From Octopus vulgaris (lineage: Eukaryota), in NCBI GenBank assembly GCA_951406725.2, contig OX597816.1:92380001-92444000 (forward strand): a stretch of DNA of 64,000 bases, written 5' to 3'. Within the stretch, counting starts at the first letter, position 1. Each line of letters opens with the position of its first letter. Below are positions 11,856-27,114 of the stretch, one piece after another. Under the pieces are notes generated by a model. It worked only from the letters and a program-made list of their open reading frames with translations, ran no database searches and had not been told where the DNA came from. The position numbers and the translations under genes are program-made.

Positions 11856-14800
11856 TGTATGTATGTATGTATGTATGTACGTATGTATGTATATATGTAT
11901 ATATACGTGTGTGTGCATGTGTGTGTGTGTGTGTATTCATATTTAAATGACAAGGGAACTTGCGTGTAATCCTAATAAAAATGAGTTTTCTATATAATTT
12001 CTACTGAAAAACCTCAAACGTTTGAAGTATAAGTGATTGATATGTACAAAAGGAGTCAGAAGAGTTATAATGAAAAACAAAAATGAATGTAAAGAAAACA
12101 TCAAAGGCTTCAAAATTATTTAATCACAATGGGAGTTATCTAGAAAATTATTACTGAATAGAATGGTATATAAATGCAAATAAGTAAAACTGAAGAACAA
12201 TGCTATTATAATGGTAAATGTGAAGACCATTAAGGATAAAATGATTAAGTATCTTTTGTAACGTAAGTGAATTTTATTGTAACGACAACAAAATTATACG
12301 TATGTGAATCAGTGGTGATAATCATGGAGTGTATATGTATCGTATTGCTTTCTCTCTTAGGAATACTTCAAGTATCTAACCAAAAATAATCTGATAAATA
12401 TAAAGAAATCTATTAAAAATATAGATATGATTCATGGTGTGCGATATTAAACTTCATTTTAAAAAGTTTAAAATATTTCTCTATACATAAAACCAATATG
12501 TGGTAGAGAGTGCTGTGATTTTATTGATGATGAGGAGGTTAATGATGTGGTTAAAATGTGCAGCTATATATTTTTGCTTACTAATCTAGATAATTACTAA
12601 TTATCATTTCAAATGTTGGCATAAGGACACAGTCTTCGCGGTTAGGGTGTAGTTTGACTAATAAACTTTAATGCTTGGGTGTCACTTATATGACCAAAAT
12701 CAAGGGTCATCTTAAGAATGCACAGGCCAACACTGTAATGCGATGTGAACTTGAAATATAAGATGTAATTAATTTTCAGAATTAACCTCTAACGTTTCCA
12801 CAATTTACATTTAATTAATCATATACATTATGTGCCATTGGATAGGTACCGCTATGATGAAATGGACTCCTTGCATAGATATCATAGCAAAGAGTCGGAT
12901 GAATTCAGGAAAAAAAAAAAGAAAAAAGGAATTCTTCAATTAGTACATATTAACTCGTTAACTATAGCTATAACCAGATAACAGTTCATTTTACAGAATT
13001 TTTATGGCCATTGATGAGATTCAGGACACAAGTCTTGTCTCGAATCTTTTGAGAATTGTGCTGAAATTATATTTATTCTTTGGGAATGTTTTCTGATCTC
13101 CCAACCAAAATCACAGATTCCCAATCACTCAGTTCTTGAGACGATTAGAGAAAATGGGGAAAATTTGAGGTTGTCAAGGAATAATAGCTATGGCTCTTGA
13201 TGTATTATATATTTTCACACCCTAATTTAATATAAAAATTTTCTCATTGCCGTCAATAAGTGATTGTTATGTGTAAGCTATAGTTATTGCGAAATACTGA
13301 AGAAATCAAAGAAAAAAACTGTATATGTGATAGAATTTTGGCATGACAGGATGCCACAACAACTAAAATCCATGCATAAACGTATTTAACGGTTACCAAG
13401 ACAATGTTACTAGTGTGCAGGCTATACTGTTTCTTACGGAAGTCTTTGCAATACACGACAAATCGAAGCTGCTTACCAAACAAATGGCTCAAAATAAATG
13501 TGTAACTTCACTACTATCTTGTACAGCATACATTTAATCTAGAAGATAAACATATCTGATTTAGATATATATTACTTATATATTAAAGAGTATCAATAAC
13601 ATCTCTGTTAACACACACATACACACACTTACATACATATATACACACATAATATAATGGAAGCATAAAAGTGATAAAATTTATGGCTTCAGAACTATAA
13701 TAGGACGTATACACACGTTTACTTTATCGTCAGTTGACTATGAATTTGCAAGGAGCCATTAAAGCGCACTGCCAAGCAGGCGTGAAAACAAAATTTATTA
13801 GAAAAACATTAATTCATGGCACTACCACCCTATACAAAATAATACATAAAACTAGCTGATTAGTTATGAAAGCCTTATCAATAGCAACACACCAACTAAA
13901 TTAACATACAGACATGGTATACGTAAAATAGATTTTCAAATTAATAGTTGAACAATTTTAAATCCAATAACGATGGTTTTAACAATTACAATGCCACATT
14001 CAAAATCCCTTTCTGACTAAAACAAAAAGCTAGAATAGCGTCACCTTCATATTTAATGCGGACAGAGGTCTTCCAAACTTAATATAAAGGCTTAATGAAG
14101 AAATACAAACAAACTTTAATAAGGAGTAAGTAAACTTGATTACATTAATTTCTGGCCAATAAAATGTTTGAAAAAGAAGGCAGTTCTACATGCACAGTAC
14201 ATACATACGGATGGATACACACACATTTAGGTACACGTAAGTAAAATTTTATCTTCATATAGAAGCTTAGTTTACGTGTTGGCGTTAAGAGTAAAAATCA
14301 GATTATAGTGGGAGGAGAAGGGTTTAGGGTGTTTGAACAATCGAAAAGAAACAAATGTGTGTGCATTCACTGTACAACACGGTTGAAGGTCGTCAGTGAC
14401 AAGCAGGATATGATTGCTACTTATCTGATATATTTGTTAAAAGATACGTTCATGACTATAAAAACAGTATGACTAAACGACATTTTTGACTGTAGAAGAA
14501 GGTAATTTGTTTATTTAAAGATACGTACATATAAATAAAGTTTGACTAGACGACTAGGCTATGAACAATGATGCTAATTATATTTAGCTATGGCAGTTTC
14601 TCCGTTCGAGAATTGTGTGGGTTTAAAATATCGCAGTGAACTGATTAGGGTGTCTCCTAGAAGTCCTGGATTTTTATTAATGATTGTTGCTTAGAAAATA
14701 GAATTTCCTACTTTTACAAAGTTGGCAATTTGTTTTACTTGTAGATATGATTAGTCTCTTGGTAGAAGCTTTGACGAAATATTGACGTTCTATGTTACAG

Positions 14801-14893
14801 TTTTTCTGTTACCAGACACTTGCTAGTGAGGTATTACATTTTTGTTTTTGCGATTAAGAGAACACACACACGCACGCAAACACACACACACAC

Positions 14894-14948
<55 letters not shown>

Positions 14949-16671
14949 CGCATCCCTCACACACATACACAAATGCATGCGCACACTACGGCAGATGATT
15001 TCGCATGGCAAGAAATATGAAACGATTTTAACCTTTTATAATATAGATTTTGTGCACTTTTGAAACATATGTAGAGCATAATTATTTCCACAATTCTCTG
15101 CATTCACATACACAGACACACACACACTTACACACATACACAACAAAAATACACACATATATATCAACACACGTGTATATTTCTGAATAACAAAACTCAG
15201 GCCGTCATTAATCACTCGTAACCCTTCTCAAATACTAATCAGAATCACGTGTTCATCTTTCTAGAGTGTACGTTGCATATATCATCAGAATTGTGTTCAA
15301 AAGTGACGTCCCTAATTGTAGATACTTTATCCAAGTTACACTTTATACGAGAATGTCTACAGCATAAAAAATGTTTTTAAAACTTTCTATACATATGTAG
15401 AAAGTTTTAAAGGAACTAGAAATTTTCAGAACTCTCAATGAGAGGAGAAACAATAAATCCAGCAATGGCTGAAGCTATTTGGTATGTAAAAGAAAGTCTT
15501 TTACTTCTATAGACTAAAAGTATCCGACAGTGAACCACAGAGGAAACATTTGAAAAAAAAAAAAAAACTCCAGGAGCAGAAAATTTTAAAAACGCAACAA
15601 CCAAAAAACTGAATCTGAATTTCCGATGGGTACGAGCCGGACATATCATTTGATATGGGACAGTTTGATGAAACTAATACAATTGTAGCCATTCAAAAAC
15701 ATACGAAGACTGTTAACTTCATAAGAACATTTATAATTTGTTATTTTGTGTTAAAATTTTCGTCGCACGAATTGCGGTCTGCTCACTGACAAGATCAACA
15801 CTACATCTCAATGAATATGATTTCTGTTAATTACCCAATTTGTAAGTCTGTTGGCCAGATCAAATGAGTATGGTTGCCTTTATTTAAAGGGAAGTGTAAC
15901 TAACCTAAATTGCACCGTTAATTGCATATGTATCAGTGTATACAAATGATTTTACAAATAAATTTGATACTCTTATTAGCTTTAGTTTAAAAAATAAAGT
16001 GTATTAGCATGAACCAAGTCGGGTACTGAAAACATTCGGAAATAAATCATATAATTACGCTTAGAGATAAAGTCGCTTGGAATGTATGTCTCATTTTTAA
16101 ACAATGAAGTTTACAGTCTGACGTACAATAATCCTCTCAGAATTTAGTTACTAGCTTTCATGATTGTTGACGAGTGGCTTGAGGTTTTATTTATTCATAA
16201 TATGTACACATACGCTTTCTATAAATAAGATAGAAGTCATATCAAAATGTTGATGAATTAATTGGTATAGAGGGGGAGTTTTATATTTTAAAATCACATA
16301 TACAAACACATTTACACGCACACATGCACACAGATACGCATATGCGTGAATGTGTGTGTGTGTGTAATATGTGTGCAGCGTGCATGTGCATTTGTATGCA
16401 TATATGAATGAATGCTTGCATATCAGTTTGTGTAAAGGGAATATATTCACCAGTTTGAAAACCCGCAGTCAACAGACACTGGATGTCGATGGTTTAGCGC
16501 CATGCCTACATATTTATTCTGTAACACGTGACTTTACTCGAACAACAAATCTGGAAACCGAAGAATGGTTTGGTATTTTGTTTACAATAGGCAGATAAGA
16601 TCTTTGAGAAATTTAGGATATTATTTAGTACGGAATACATGGAAAAGCTTCTTTCTTTTACATAAACTTGA

Positions 16672-16862
16672 ACTATATTATAATAATTTAAAATTAAGTC
16701 GTCTTTGAGAAACATGTAAACATGAGAATAGGAACAATACAGAAAAATATATGCATGTATAATCATGTTCTATACATATGCATAAATACATGTATGTATG
16801 TGAATGTGTGCGTATGTATGTATGTATGTATGTATGTATGTATGTATGTATGTATATATATA

Positions 16863-16917
<55 letters not shown>

Positions 16918-16933
16918 GGTTTAAGTAATTGAG

Positions 16934-16969
<36 letters not shown>

Positions 16970-17125
16970 ATGATATTGAGGAAAAGTGATAGAGCGCTAT
17001 ACATTATATACTATATTATAGAAATTTAAAATTAAGTCGTCTTTGAGAAACATGTAAACATGAGAATAGGAACAATACAGAAAACTATATGCACGTATAA
17101 TCATATTCTATACACATGCATAAAT
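16672..17125. repeat. local ~115-bp direct duplication separated by (TATG)n/(TA)n
   Basis: ACTATATTATA...AAATTAAGTCGTCTTTGAGAAACATGTAAACATGAGAATAGGAACAATACAGAAAA...GCATAAAT at 16672-16787 and 17010-17125. Confidence 0.85.
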
Positions 17126-17226
17126 GTATGTTTATATATATATATATATACTAACATGCATGCATAAATATACTTATACATATATATATATGCATGTATA
17201 TATATGCATGTATGTATATCTATATA

Positions 17227-17426
17227 CGGGCGAAATGCGTAGCCGTATTTCGTCTGCCCTTATGTTCTGATTTCAAGTTCCGCCGAGGTCGACTTTGCCT
17301 TTCATTCTTTCGGGGTCGATAAATAAAGTACTAGTTACGCACTGGGGTCGATGTAATCGACTTAATCCCTTTGTCTGTCCTTGTTTGTCACCTCTATGTT
17401 TAGCCCCTTGTGGGCAGTAAAGAAAT
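17227..17426 (+). mobile_element. tRNA-derived SINE with Nin/Deu-like central domain (5'-truncated)
   Basis: Core GAGGTCGACTTTGCCTTTCAT.CTTTCGGGGTCGATAAA...GTAC; homologous to copies at 19251, 26009-26430 and 29218-29601. Confidence 0.75.
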
Positions 17427-17619
<193 letters not shown>

Positions 17620-17623
17620 CATA

Positions 17624-17950
17624 CGAGGGTAGTCAAAAAGTAATGCTATTTTGTTTAGAACAGGTATAATTACCAACACAGGAACATGTATCAACATCAA
17701 AATGAAGCTGGTCCTCTTTGGATCACATCCTTACTTCTCAACATAGTCACCGTTTCTCTATATAACAATAATGTTTCACCTTCGAATGAGGGCACGTATC
17801 ACCGTCTCGTAAAATTCTGTTGACTGTTCCTTGAGCCACTTCTTCACTACAGTTTTCACTTTCTCGTCACTGGAATTATTTAGCGCCTTCAGACTATCAT
17901 CTCTCCGGCTCATGAAATAGGGTTTGAGGGGTAAACATTAATCCAGTGAT
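17624..17950 (-). mobile_element. mariner 3'-end remnant (CGAGGG-type terminus), internally inverted
   Basis: TA-CGAGGGTAGTCAAAAAGT end; minus strand encodes SSDEKVKTVVKKWLKEQSTEFYE...NGDYVEK*; the upstream APSDYHL...LRGKH segment lies on the plus strand at 17881-17950. Confidence 0.7.
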
Positions 17951-18076
17951 TTTTCATTTTCATTGTTCTTGTATCAAGCAATGGACGGAAGCATTTAAAA
18001 ACTATTAAATTTACAGAGCCGAACAAAACCAAAAATATTAATTTTAATCGTAATAATTGAGAGGAATAAACATTTT

Positions 18077-19196
18077 TGGATCTAGATAGTTTGAGTCACA
18101 AAATCAGCCCTCTTTAATGTTGCTCAGATTGTTTACAAATTTGGGCTATGGGTAGAGTTGGAAATTTTGATTACACTCAACCAATTATTTTATCTCGTAA
18201 ATTAAAGAACCTGATGTGATTTGGAATTAAAGTTGGAAAATTTGTGTAATTTTAGCCAATCAACAGACAACGAGGCATTAACAGCTAGTTACCATAGCAA
18301 CATATGACTCGCAACATATGTCTCGCCTGCACGCAGCTTTTCTGTACATGTTTCGATTTTGTTATTTTTGTGAAAACTTTATACAACGTCCATTGCCAGT
18401 TCTTATATGAATTAGAATTTTATTTTAGGTATTTTTTGTGAATTTTAAAAATATTTTACAAATATTTCGTAATGTTTTTCTGTGTTTGTTTACTTTTTGC
18501 TTGTTGATAAAGCCTAGACTGGCCGCATCTAAGTCATTTTGAAAACAGAGATGGATACCGTACATTATTTCGAAAAAAAACGGCGTTATCCTTAAAAAAA
18601 AAGTGTAGTAAATCTAGGCAGAATGTAACTAAGAAAGTGGTTTGTGGGAATTTGTTCTGACTACCAAACCCGTTCCAAGCAACTTTTTTCGGAAGATGGG
18701 AGGGTGGGGGTTGACCTTGAAGTTTCCCGAAACCCAGAAAAGGAAATATTTGGCTGCTATTTCTAACATGCCCTGGTACCACGTAACAGCTATTTACGGT
18801 AAAGGACCCGCCGTTATCGCAAATAGCTGCTAATGCGGGTGCACTTATAAATATTTACCCAAAATACATACAAGTACATCAATATAAATAAAAATAAAAA
18901 TAAATTAAAACATGACATCATAAGGTATTTATCTTTATTTAGAAACCTACAACGAACAGGTCACAGAATACAACCTTAAAGTTGACACCGTTCGCTACAA
19001 CGACAGTTTATTATTGGCTAAACATAGACAGTTTTTCGGTTTTTAAACGTCTCTAACTTTTTTGTTAGTTTTTCTCAATAAATTCTTTAGTTCAAATGAA
19101 TAAGAAAGAACATGTTTAATATGGCAAATCTTCAGATTTTTTTTACTTCATATTGAAAGTGGGGGCTGATTTTGTGACTCAAATTAACTAGATCCA
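18077..19196. mobile_element. probable non-autonomous DNA transposon with ~45-bp inverted repeats
   Basis: TGGATCTAG..A.TTTGAGTCACAAAATCAGCCC at 18077-18110 and its reverse complement at 19163-19196; true termini and superfamily unresolved. Confidence 0.55.
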
Positions 19197-19250
19197 CACT
19201 CTCTTTCTTGAGCATAAAAAATCCTCTTCTCCGGTGACAAGAACTCATAT

Positions 19251-19426
19251 GTCTGCCGTTACGTTCTGAGTTCAAATTCCACCGAGGTCGACTTTGCCTT
19301 TCATCCTTTCGGGGTCGATAAATTAAGTACCAGTTGCGCACTGGGGTCGATGTAATCGACTTAATCTCTTTGTCTGTCCTTGTTTGTCCTCTCTGTGTTT
19401 AGCCCCTTGTGGGTAGTAAATAAATA
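19251..19426 (+). mobile_element. Nin/Deu-like SINE copy
   Basis: GAGTTCAAATTCC B box + GTCGACTTTGCCTTTCATCCTTTCGGGGTCG core; same tail as the 17227 copy. Confidence 0.8.
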
Positions 19427-20183
19427 TATGTCAGATTGTTGCACACGTTCTAGCCGTTTTGATAACAGAAATCGGAAAGGTTTGAAATGATTTCATTGGC
19501 ATTTATTTGTACCAAAGAGCACTCTCTCTATATACAATACGTTGATCTCATAAGTGCCACGTGGTGGAAATAACCGCAATTACCAAACTTTCATTCATAA
19601 GGCCATTAATTATTTCGTTTTTTGCATTTCAATTTGTACGTTTGTACTCCTGATTGCATACAAGCGCATAAATAAAACGACGTCTTTTACTTTTAAATCA
19701 TTATCTGCTAAAAACAAAATAAGTAGTATATTGAAAATAAAAATATTTTGTAGGGGGAGGGGTATTTGTCACTCCAAGGGTCAAAAGGGGGCGTTTGGCC
19801 AAAATGGGTTGGAACCCTTTAGTGTAGATTTCAAAGAGTTAGAGAGAGAGAGAGGGTGTATCTATTGTCTAAAAGAAATCTGTGTGTTCCTGATAAGGGA
19901 GTGACTAAAAAGCACACACACAAACACACACACATACATACACGCATACACAAGAATTCACACACACATACAAAAGAAAACATCACAAACAAACACACAC
20001 AAACATACACAAGAAAGAAAACATCTCAAAACACACATACACATAGCTGCTGACCACACGCATACACAGAGGTGGAGACACTCAAAAGAATACATCTAAC
20101 CGAAAGAAAAATCCTAATTTTTTTTCACACACTCAACTCACAGCTGGTCATATTTCAAAACATATTGAAAGGATATTCAACAC

Positions 20184-20232
<49 letters not shown>

Positions 20233-21888
20233 AATAAATGCTTTTTAGCCACTTCTTTGACAGGAACACACAAAGATTTATTTTAGACAATAGACACCCC
20301 TTCTCTCATTCACTAACACCAAACTATTGAACGCTACGCCAAACAATATTTAAAGAATACTTCAACGAAAAATCGGCAAACATGTTCTTGACTACCAAAC
20401 AGAACATAGGTTATTTTTTACTTCAAAGTTTTCAAATTTTCAAATTTTTATAAAATTTTACTGATATTTGATAATCTGAAATACATCGAAACCGATAATA
20501 TTGATATTTTTATTTATATAATCTTTTATTAAATTCCCTTTTAAATTGAAATGTCTTAGAGTTACTTCTGTGCTATTTCCACCTCCATCTTTTTTATATA
20601 TACAAATTTGATTTGTGTAGATCTCTAATCCTTTTTCAACTATGTATATGACATGAACTGGAGAACTATTCATTCAGTAGTTGCCTTTAAAAGACTTCAC
20701 GCTTAACATAGAATTCAGAAATGTTCATATTGAGACAGTAATATATACAGTAGTAGGAATGTTTAAAACTGATTATTGTGTTAAATATTGATTTCTAATA
20801 TAGACATAAATCATTAAATCTTGCTGCTGAAGCAGATTGAGATTATAGGATAGTTATGCCTTTCTCTTCAGGGTGTTAGTTATAAATGTATGAACTGAAT
20901 GAGGTAATTGAAATGATTTCAATTGGGAATCGAAAATGTGGCGTAGATTTGGCTCGCCGGAGCTAAACTCTACTCTCTAGTGCTTTGAGTGATCAATATA
21001 TTCATTAGATATTTTTCAATAGAAAAGACGCACATTCGATTGAATCGAACAGTGTAAATTAAAACCTCTTATTTTATTGATTCAAGTAGTGCAAATAGGA
21101 ATTTTACCCTTGTTTCATAAGGAACCAAACTGAAAACGTTTATGTACCAAGTGAACTCTCAGCTTTCTTCGTTAAATCGACGCACGAGTAGGAAGCATTG
21201 ATAGTTGAAAATCGAGAAATTTAGGTCGAATTATTGTTTTACAACTATTGGATACTGCTAACCACAAATACATTTAAAAGTCACATGGCAACATCTGTTA
21301 TGATATATGATTAATATAGGAAGTAACGCGCACGAAGCGCTTGATTAAATGGCTACAGTATATAGTTTCTTCCCTATGTACATGAAAGGCAAATCTACAT
21401 GGGATAGGATTTGCCTTTCTTGGGGTTAAAGTCGATAAAAAACATAAACATAAATATAGCAAAGTAGATTCCGTCACCAACAACCTTTCCCAACCAAATG
21501 GACATCATGATTAATGCAAAGAAATCAATATATATCATATGACAGTTATTGATTTTTACATAGGCACAAGGGTTCAGATATTACAAAAAAGAATTTATAG
21601 GATGTTTATGTGTTTTCCAATCCATCAATTAAATAAGGAAAATTTATTAGGTTTTACGAGCTTTTATTTTAATCTTAAGAATCGAATTGATTTTAAGGTA
21701 CGAGCACAAGCAAAATGTAATATACACGATAATGTTAATTAAATATAAATATTTTAGAAGCTGTCTTTACATTAATATTTCATCACTGACTGACACACAT
21801 AAACACACCGTTTCCACACACTATGTAATTATGTAAAGTCTCATGCAATTTTCCTTAATAAAGAGAAAAATAATTACAAGTCACATGT

Positions 21889-21937
<49 letters not shown>

Positions 21938-22234
21938 TGTGAGAATATTTTTGACAACCCACTACTATAATAATCGATATAGATTACATTAAAAAACGCA
22001 TGCGCTTAACGTCATGCATGAATACATACGAGGAAATATATGGTGGCATCCTTTTCTACAAAGATACTTTTATATAAAAGAGAACTGCAAGCATAATCTT
22101 CATTGATATATGAAAATATTAAATTTAAAATAGAATTTATCCTAAATAAACCATACAGCTTTTAAATTGCAATAAATATAAAAAAGGCAGGGTAACATAT
22201 GTACAATGTGTACAATATACACATACATATACAT

Positions 22235-22295
<61 letters not shown>

Positions 22296-23931
22296 AATAT
22301 ATATATATATATATAACAAAACAGACAAAATATTACGTGAGATGTATATGTGTGTGCGTGCGTGTGTATGGTAATACTTACTATGAAATAAGGTATCTAT
22401 GCAAGGTTGAAAGGAGTAAGTCACGCTGCTGTGGGTATACTGTCATGCGCAGATCAACTCATTTTAAAATTAGGTATTATACTTTTTTCCAAGTCTCCTA
22501 GTGCAATGAAGAAAGTATATAAAATACTCTAGACACTGAGAAGAAATGAACACTTGGTAAATCCAGTTGCCATGTTTTCACAAAAACTAAAAATTTCTAT
22601 TGAGACATTTTGAAGTTATAGGCCAAAACCTGCACATAAGAAATAGAAATATTTTGACGAGTTGAACTGGGTTCAATATCATAGTTTATCCTTTGGGTGC
22701 TTGACTAATTCCGTCAATCAATATCTATATAATACTCTATCCATATTTTCCATATGTCGATTGTTTCATTTATTGATTATATATTAAGGAATTAAAAACA
22801 CATAAGTGTTTATAAATCTTCAATAGGTAAATTAATTTTTTTATGAAGGGTAAATCCATATTTTTGCTCAGGATAAAATCATTCGACTTCATCTTGTTTG
22901 TGGTTATAATCCTGTTTTATAAAAGTCCATACGATGTCCTATCTGATTGTACGTCACAACAGTACATTGATCACTTGAAGTGCTGTTTATATTATTGAAG
23001 TGAGCAGCAATATAAGTTTAGCTCCTATTTATTGTTTTAGTATACGATGATACAGTTTGATGCTGGAACAGAATGTACCTGGTCTCAATGCATGACTACT
23101 GTGTTACCGCATATGTATACGTCTGTTTGGATTAATGTCAGTAAAAATAGTTTTTAAACAATAAATTGACGTATAGCATATTTATCGAGGCAGATGGCTA
23201 TGAAGATGCAAGTATATCGGGAATGACATTTCATCTGAATGTATCAGAAATCCAACTACAGTTAAAAGAAAATTGCGGAAGGAAATAAAAAAAGGCAAAC
23301 GATAATTCTCCATTATTAAATAAACGTTGCTACTTCAGTCAATTTCCGATTATTTTTAATGCTGCAATTATTGCTATTATTGATTATTGTTATTTGTATC
23401 TTCTTTAAGAAACTGTTTTTGATTTAACTTCTTGTTTGAATGAATTTTTCTAAGCCCAGTTATATTTGGTGAGAATGTCGCAACAAGGTTATATATCAGG
23501 TTGGTGAAGACTTTTGTCTACATTAAATGATATAGTTCAAATATAGAATAATTGCCGGGTCACATTTGACTGAATAAAAAGATGAAGCTTTCAGAAGTAG
23601 GAAATTGGTCTTGGATTTATTATTTTCATTAAGACAAAATATATCTGTCACTGCAGTAATTACTTAGATATGGTTTGTTGAAGGCATTTTATAGATCGCA
23701 ATGTTTTGTAATATGATACTTCTACATACATTTTCAGGACAACTACATAAATAAGAAATAAATAAGAATGAGAGCATAAAATCGTTTATTAAGGAGAATT
23801 TATAAAATGTTATATCCTCGTTCCTCATTCATTTCTTGAAAAAAAATCTATAGCACAGTATATAACGATTTCGAAAGCTATAAAGCTATCAACTATATCT
23901 ATCTATCTGTCTGTCTGTCTATCTGTCTCAG

Positions 23932-23974
<43 letters not shown>

Positions 23975-26008
23975 ATATATTTATTGATATGAATTGCACA
24001 GATAAGGGACTTGTGAAAGAAGTAGTCCCCAAAGCGATAAATGGTCACTGTGGACAGACATATTAAAACTGACCTATCAACACTTAATGCTATAAAATAT
24101 GCAGAGTCATCATTGAAATATTTATTATTATGAAATTATGTCACTATATAGGCTAGGAAATTTGTTCATACTATTTTTTAATATCATTTATCAACATAAC
24201 ATAATTACATGCAGACATATAATATAAAATAAATAGCATAAATATAATGGAAGTTCTATAACGTATAACATATAAACGTTGTAGTTAATCTTATATACTT
24301 TTCAAAGAGATTAAATTAATTATATGTTCTATATTGCTTTACACAATCTTATCGTGCACGAATTCCCAGACATATACTGTCAGATGATATATTCTTGATA
24401 GTTACTGGTCATTTCATGTATTTTTGAAACTATATTAGCGATTTTTTCTCTTCGAAGAACCTATTTTTTCTCTTTGTAAAATTCTCTGTAATGTATGTTT
24501 AGTACGACTATACTGTAATTGAGGAGGTCACATGATAATGAAACATTCCTAGAGTGTTTACTGAATCTATTAAAGATCAGACTCACGCCCACACTACATA
24601 ACCTTATTCCATTTTTCATCAATCTTAATTTCAAAGTGGTCAGCTTTGCCTTTGACTGTGTATATTAATGACGCTAATGACTTTTTGGTTTAATACAGAT
24701 GCAATTTTAATCCAATCGAACATTTGTGGGACTTCATTGTACATATGAGAATCCATATGAATATCATCAGGCTGAGAACGTGGTTGATCAAACCAGCTAT
24801 ATCAAAACCACGGTCATTTAGTATTTTAATTTCAATATTATCTCTCTGGTATATACACTGAATAGTATTTGAGAGCTAAAATTTAGAAATATTTACCTTG
24901 TTTTAAACTGTCTATCTCGTCACTAATCAGTTAATTGATTTAAATTATTTTGATGAAAAGAGTTTACAACAGCTGTGAGTTATCATTATTGTCTTCCTTT
25001 GAAAACTCTGGGGCACTTGTTTTAGGAGAGTGTCTGAGTGATATTAGTTTGAGTAATACTTACATTTGTAGCTTGTAGCTTGATAGTTGAAGTATATGCA
25101 AGCACTAATATGTTTAAGAAATAACGTTAAGCAAAATACATGTAAAACATTTTAATAAAGAAATATTAAGGGCTTCGTGAAAGGATAAATTGTTAGTAAT
25201 AAGAAACATAAGTAGAAGGAAGAGAAAAAGGAAAATAAGGAGATGTAGATTAATAAAATAAAAGGAGGATAGAAAGAAGAAAAACAGAATAACAGGAAAA
25301 GTAGATAAAACCTGATTGAGAAAAAGACTGATGATCAAGCAACTGGGAAGTCAAACCGAAAGATTTGTATTTAGATGAAATGAAGTCGAAGCATTTTTTA
25401 AACGGTTATACTTTTCATCGAATTTGAAGAGATGTTCTGAGCCGTGCTTGCGGAACCGAGGAAATTTGAGGAACTGAGATAAGTCTTCGCCAGTTTATGG
25501 TGTTATGTGAGAAACCAGGACGAAATCGAAAAGCAAAAAAAAGGTTTTGTGATGAATGAAAATGGATTTTCTTGCAGAATTTTCTTGAGATTATTCTTCA
25601 TAGAAGCAATGTACGACTGACACAAGGTGTCCATGTTAAGTTTGAGTGATAGTAGTGTGCGAAAAAGTTGTCAATGACTGAAGGTTCTCGGCAAGTGAAG
25701 AGTCTACATGGAGGTGTATATGTCGTAAGCAGTGAGATGCAACAATATGAAAAATACACAGTAACCGTGATGCATATTTAATTATGAAAAGAGCCAGAGC
25801 GAACAACACCTCACTAACAGACGGATCAGCAGTATAAGTTGTGGTAATTCTCACATCAGGCACATCTATAAACCAGTTTCGATTTCTATTCTATTTGGGG
25901 ATGTTTGCGTTACTGATGCCTATAAAGAAGAAATGGCTATTGCACAATATTATTGCCTTTATAGTATTACGAATTATGCTTATAGAAGAACGTGAGTGAA
26001 AAATATTA

Positions 26009-26430
26009 TTTTCTACTCTAGGTACAAATTTGTGGGGAGAGGGCCAGTCAATTAGATCGACCTCAGTACACAACTGGTACTTAATTTATCGATCCCGAAA
26101 GGATGAAAGGCAAAGACGACTTCAGTGGAATTTGAACTCAGGACGTAAAGACAGACGAAATACCGCTAAGTATTTCACCCGGCCTGCTAGCGTTTCTTAT
26201 TTCTTTATTGCTCACAAGGGGCTAAACGCAAAGAGGACAAACAAGGACAGACAAACGGATTAAGTCGATTATATCGACCCCAGTGCGTAGCTGGTACTTA
26301 TTTAATCGACCCCGAAAGGATAAAAGGCAAAGTCGACCTCGGTGGAATTTGAACTCAGAACGTAGCGGCAGACGAAATACTGCTAAGCATTTCGCCCGGC
26401 GTGCTTACGATTCTGCCAGCTGGCCGCCTT
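26009..26430 (-). mobile_element. dimeric Nin/Deu-like SINE with a single TSD
   Basis: Two tandem monomers (26196-26430 with full head, 26009-26195 with partial head and a different tail); 13-bp direct repeat GTGAAAAATATTA at 25996-26008 and 26435-26447. Confidence 0.75.
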
Positions 26431-27071
26431 CAATGTGAAAAATATTAACATTCTCAAACATCAGTATCAGCTAAATGAAGCACATCCGAAAATGTTTTTG
26501 ACTGAGGTTTTGGAAACTTTTGTGGAATTGCTCGCAACAATTAAAAGTAGCGGCAGTGTGTAATATACCCATTGTTCTACAAGAGAATAATGTGAGAATA
26601 ATATTAAAATGCAAGTAATATAAATAATTAAAGCAAAATATAAGTTTATGCCAAATAAAATGTAAAAAAAAAGAAACTTGCTGATAAATGTGTGGCAGCA
26701 GAATATAATGAAATAGAAGAAAAAGATTCCTAATTATGAATTGGAAAGATGTATAATTAGCCGAGTAAACTATCGCCTTGTCTAAAGTTATCAATAGATC
26801 ATGTCCTACAGCTGGCAGTCTTCATTTTAGAGCTTAAGAAATTGTACGTGCTTTCCTTTGTAAATTAATTAACAAGGAAATGATCTTCAATTAAGTTTAC
26901 TAAGTGAAAATGTTAGAAAGGAGAAAGAAAAACAACTCAAAACATATAGATGAAATACGCTTACGTATTTTCTATATAGACTTGTTATCCAATCACAAAG
27001 TAATCAATGATATGGTTATCTCTCACATCTTCTTTCCCACTCTCTCCCCATATATATATGTTTGTGTGTGC

Positions 27072-27114
<43 letters not shown>

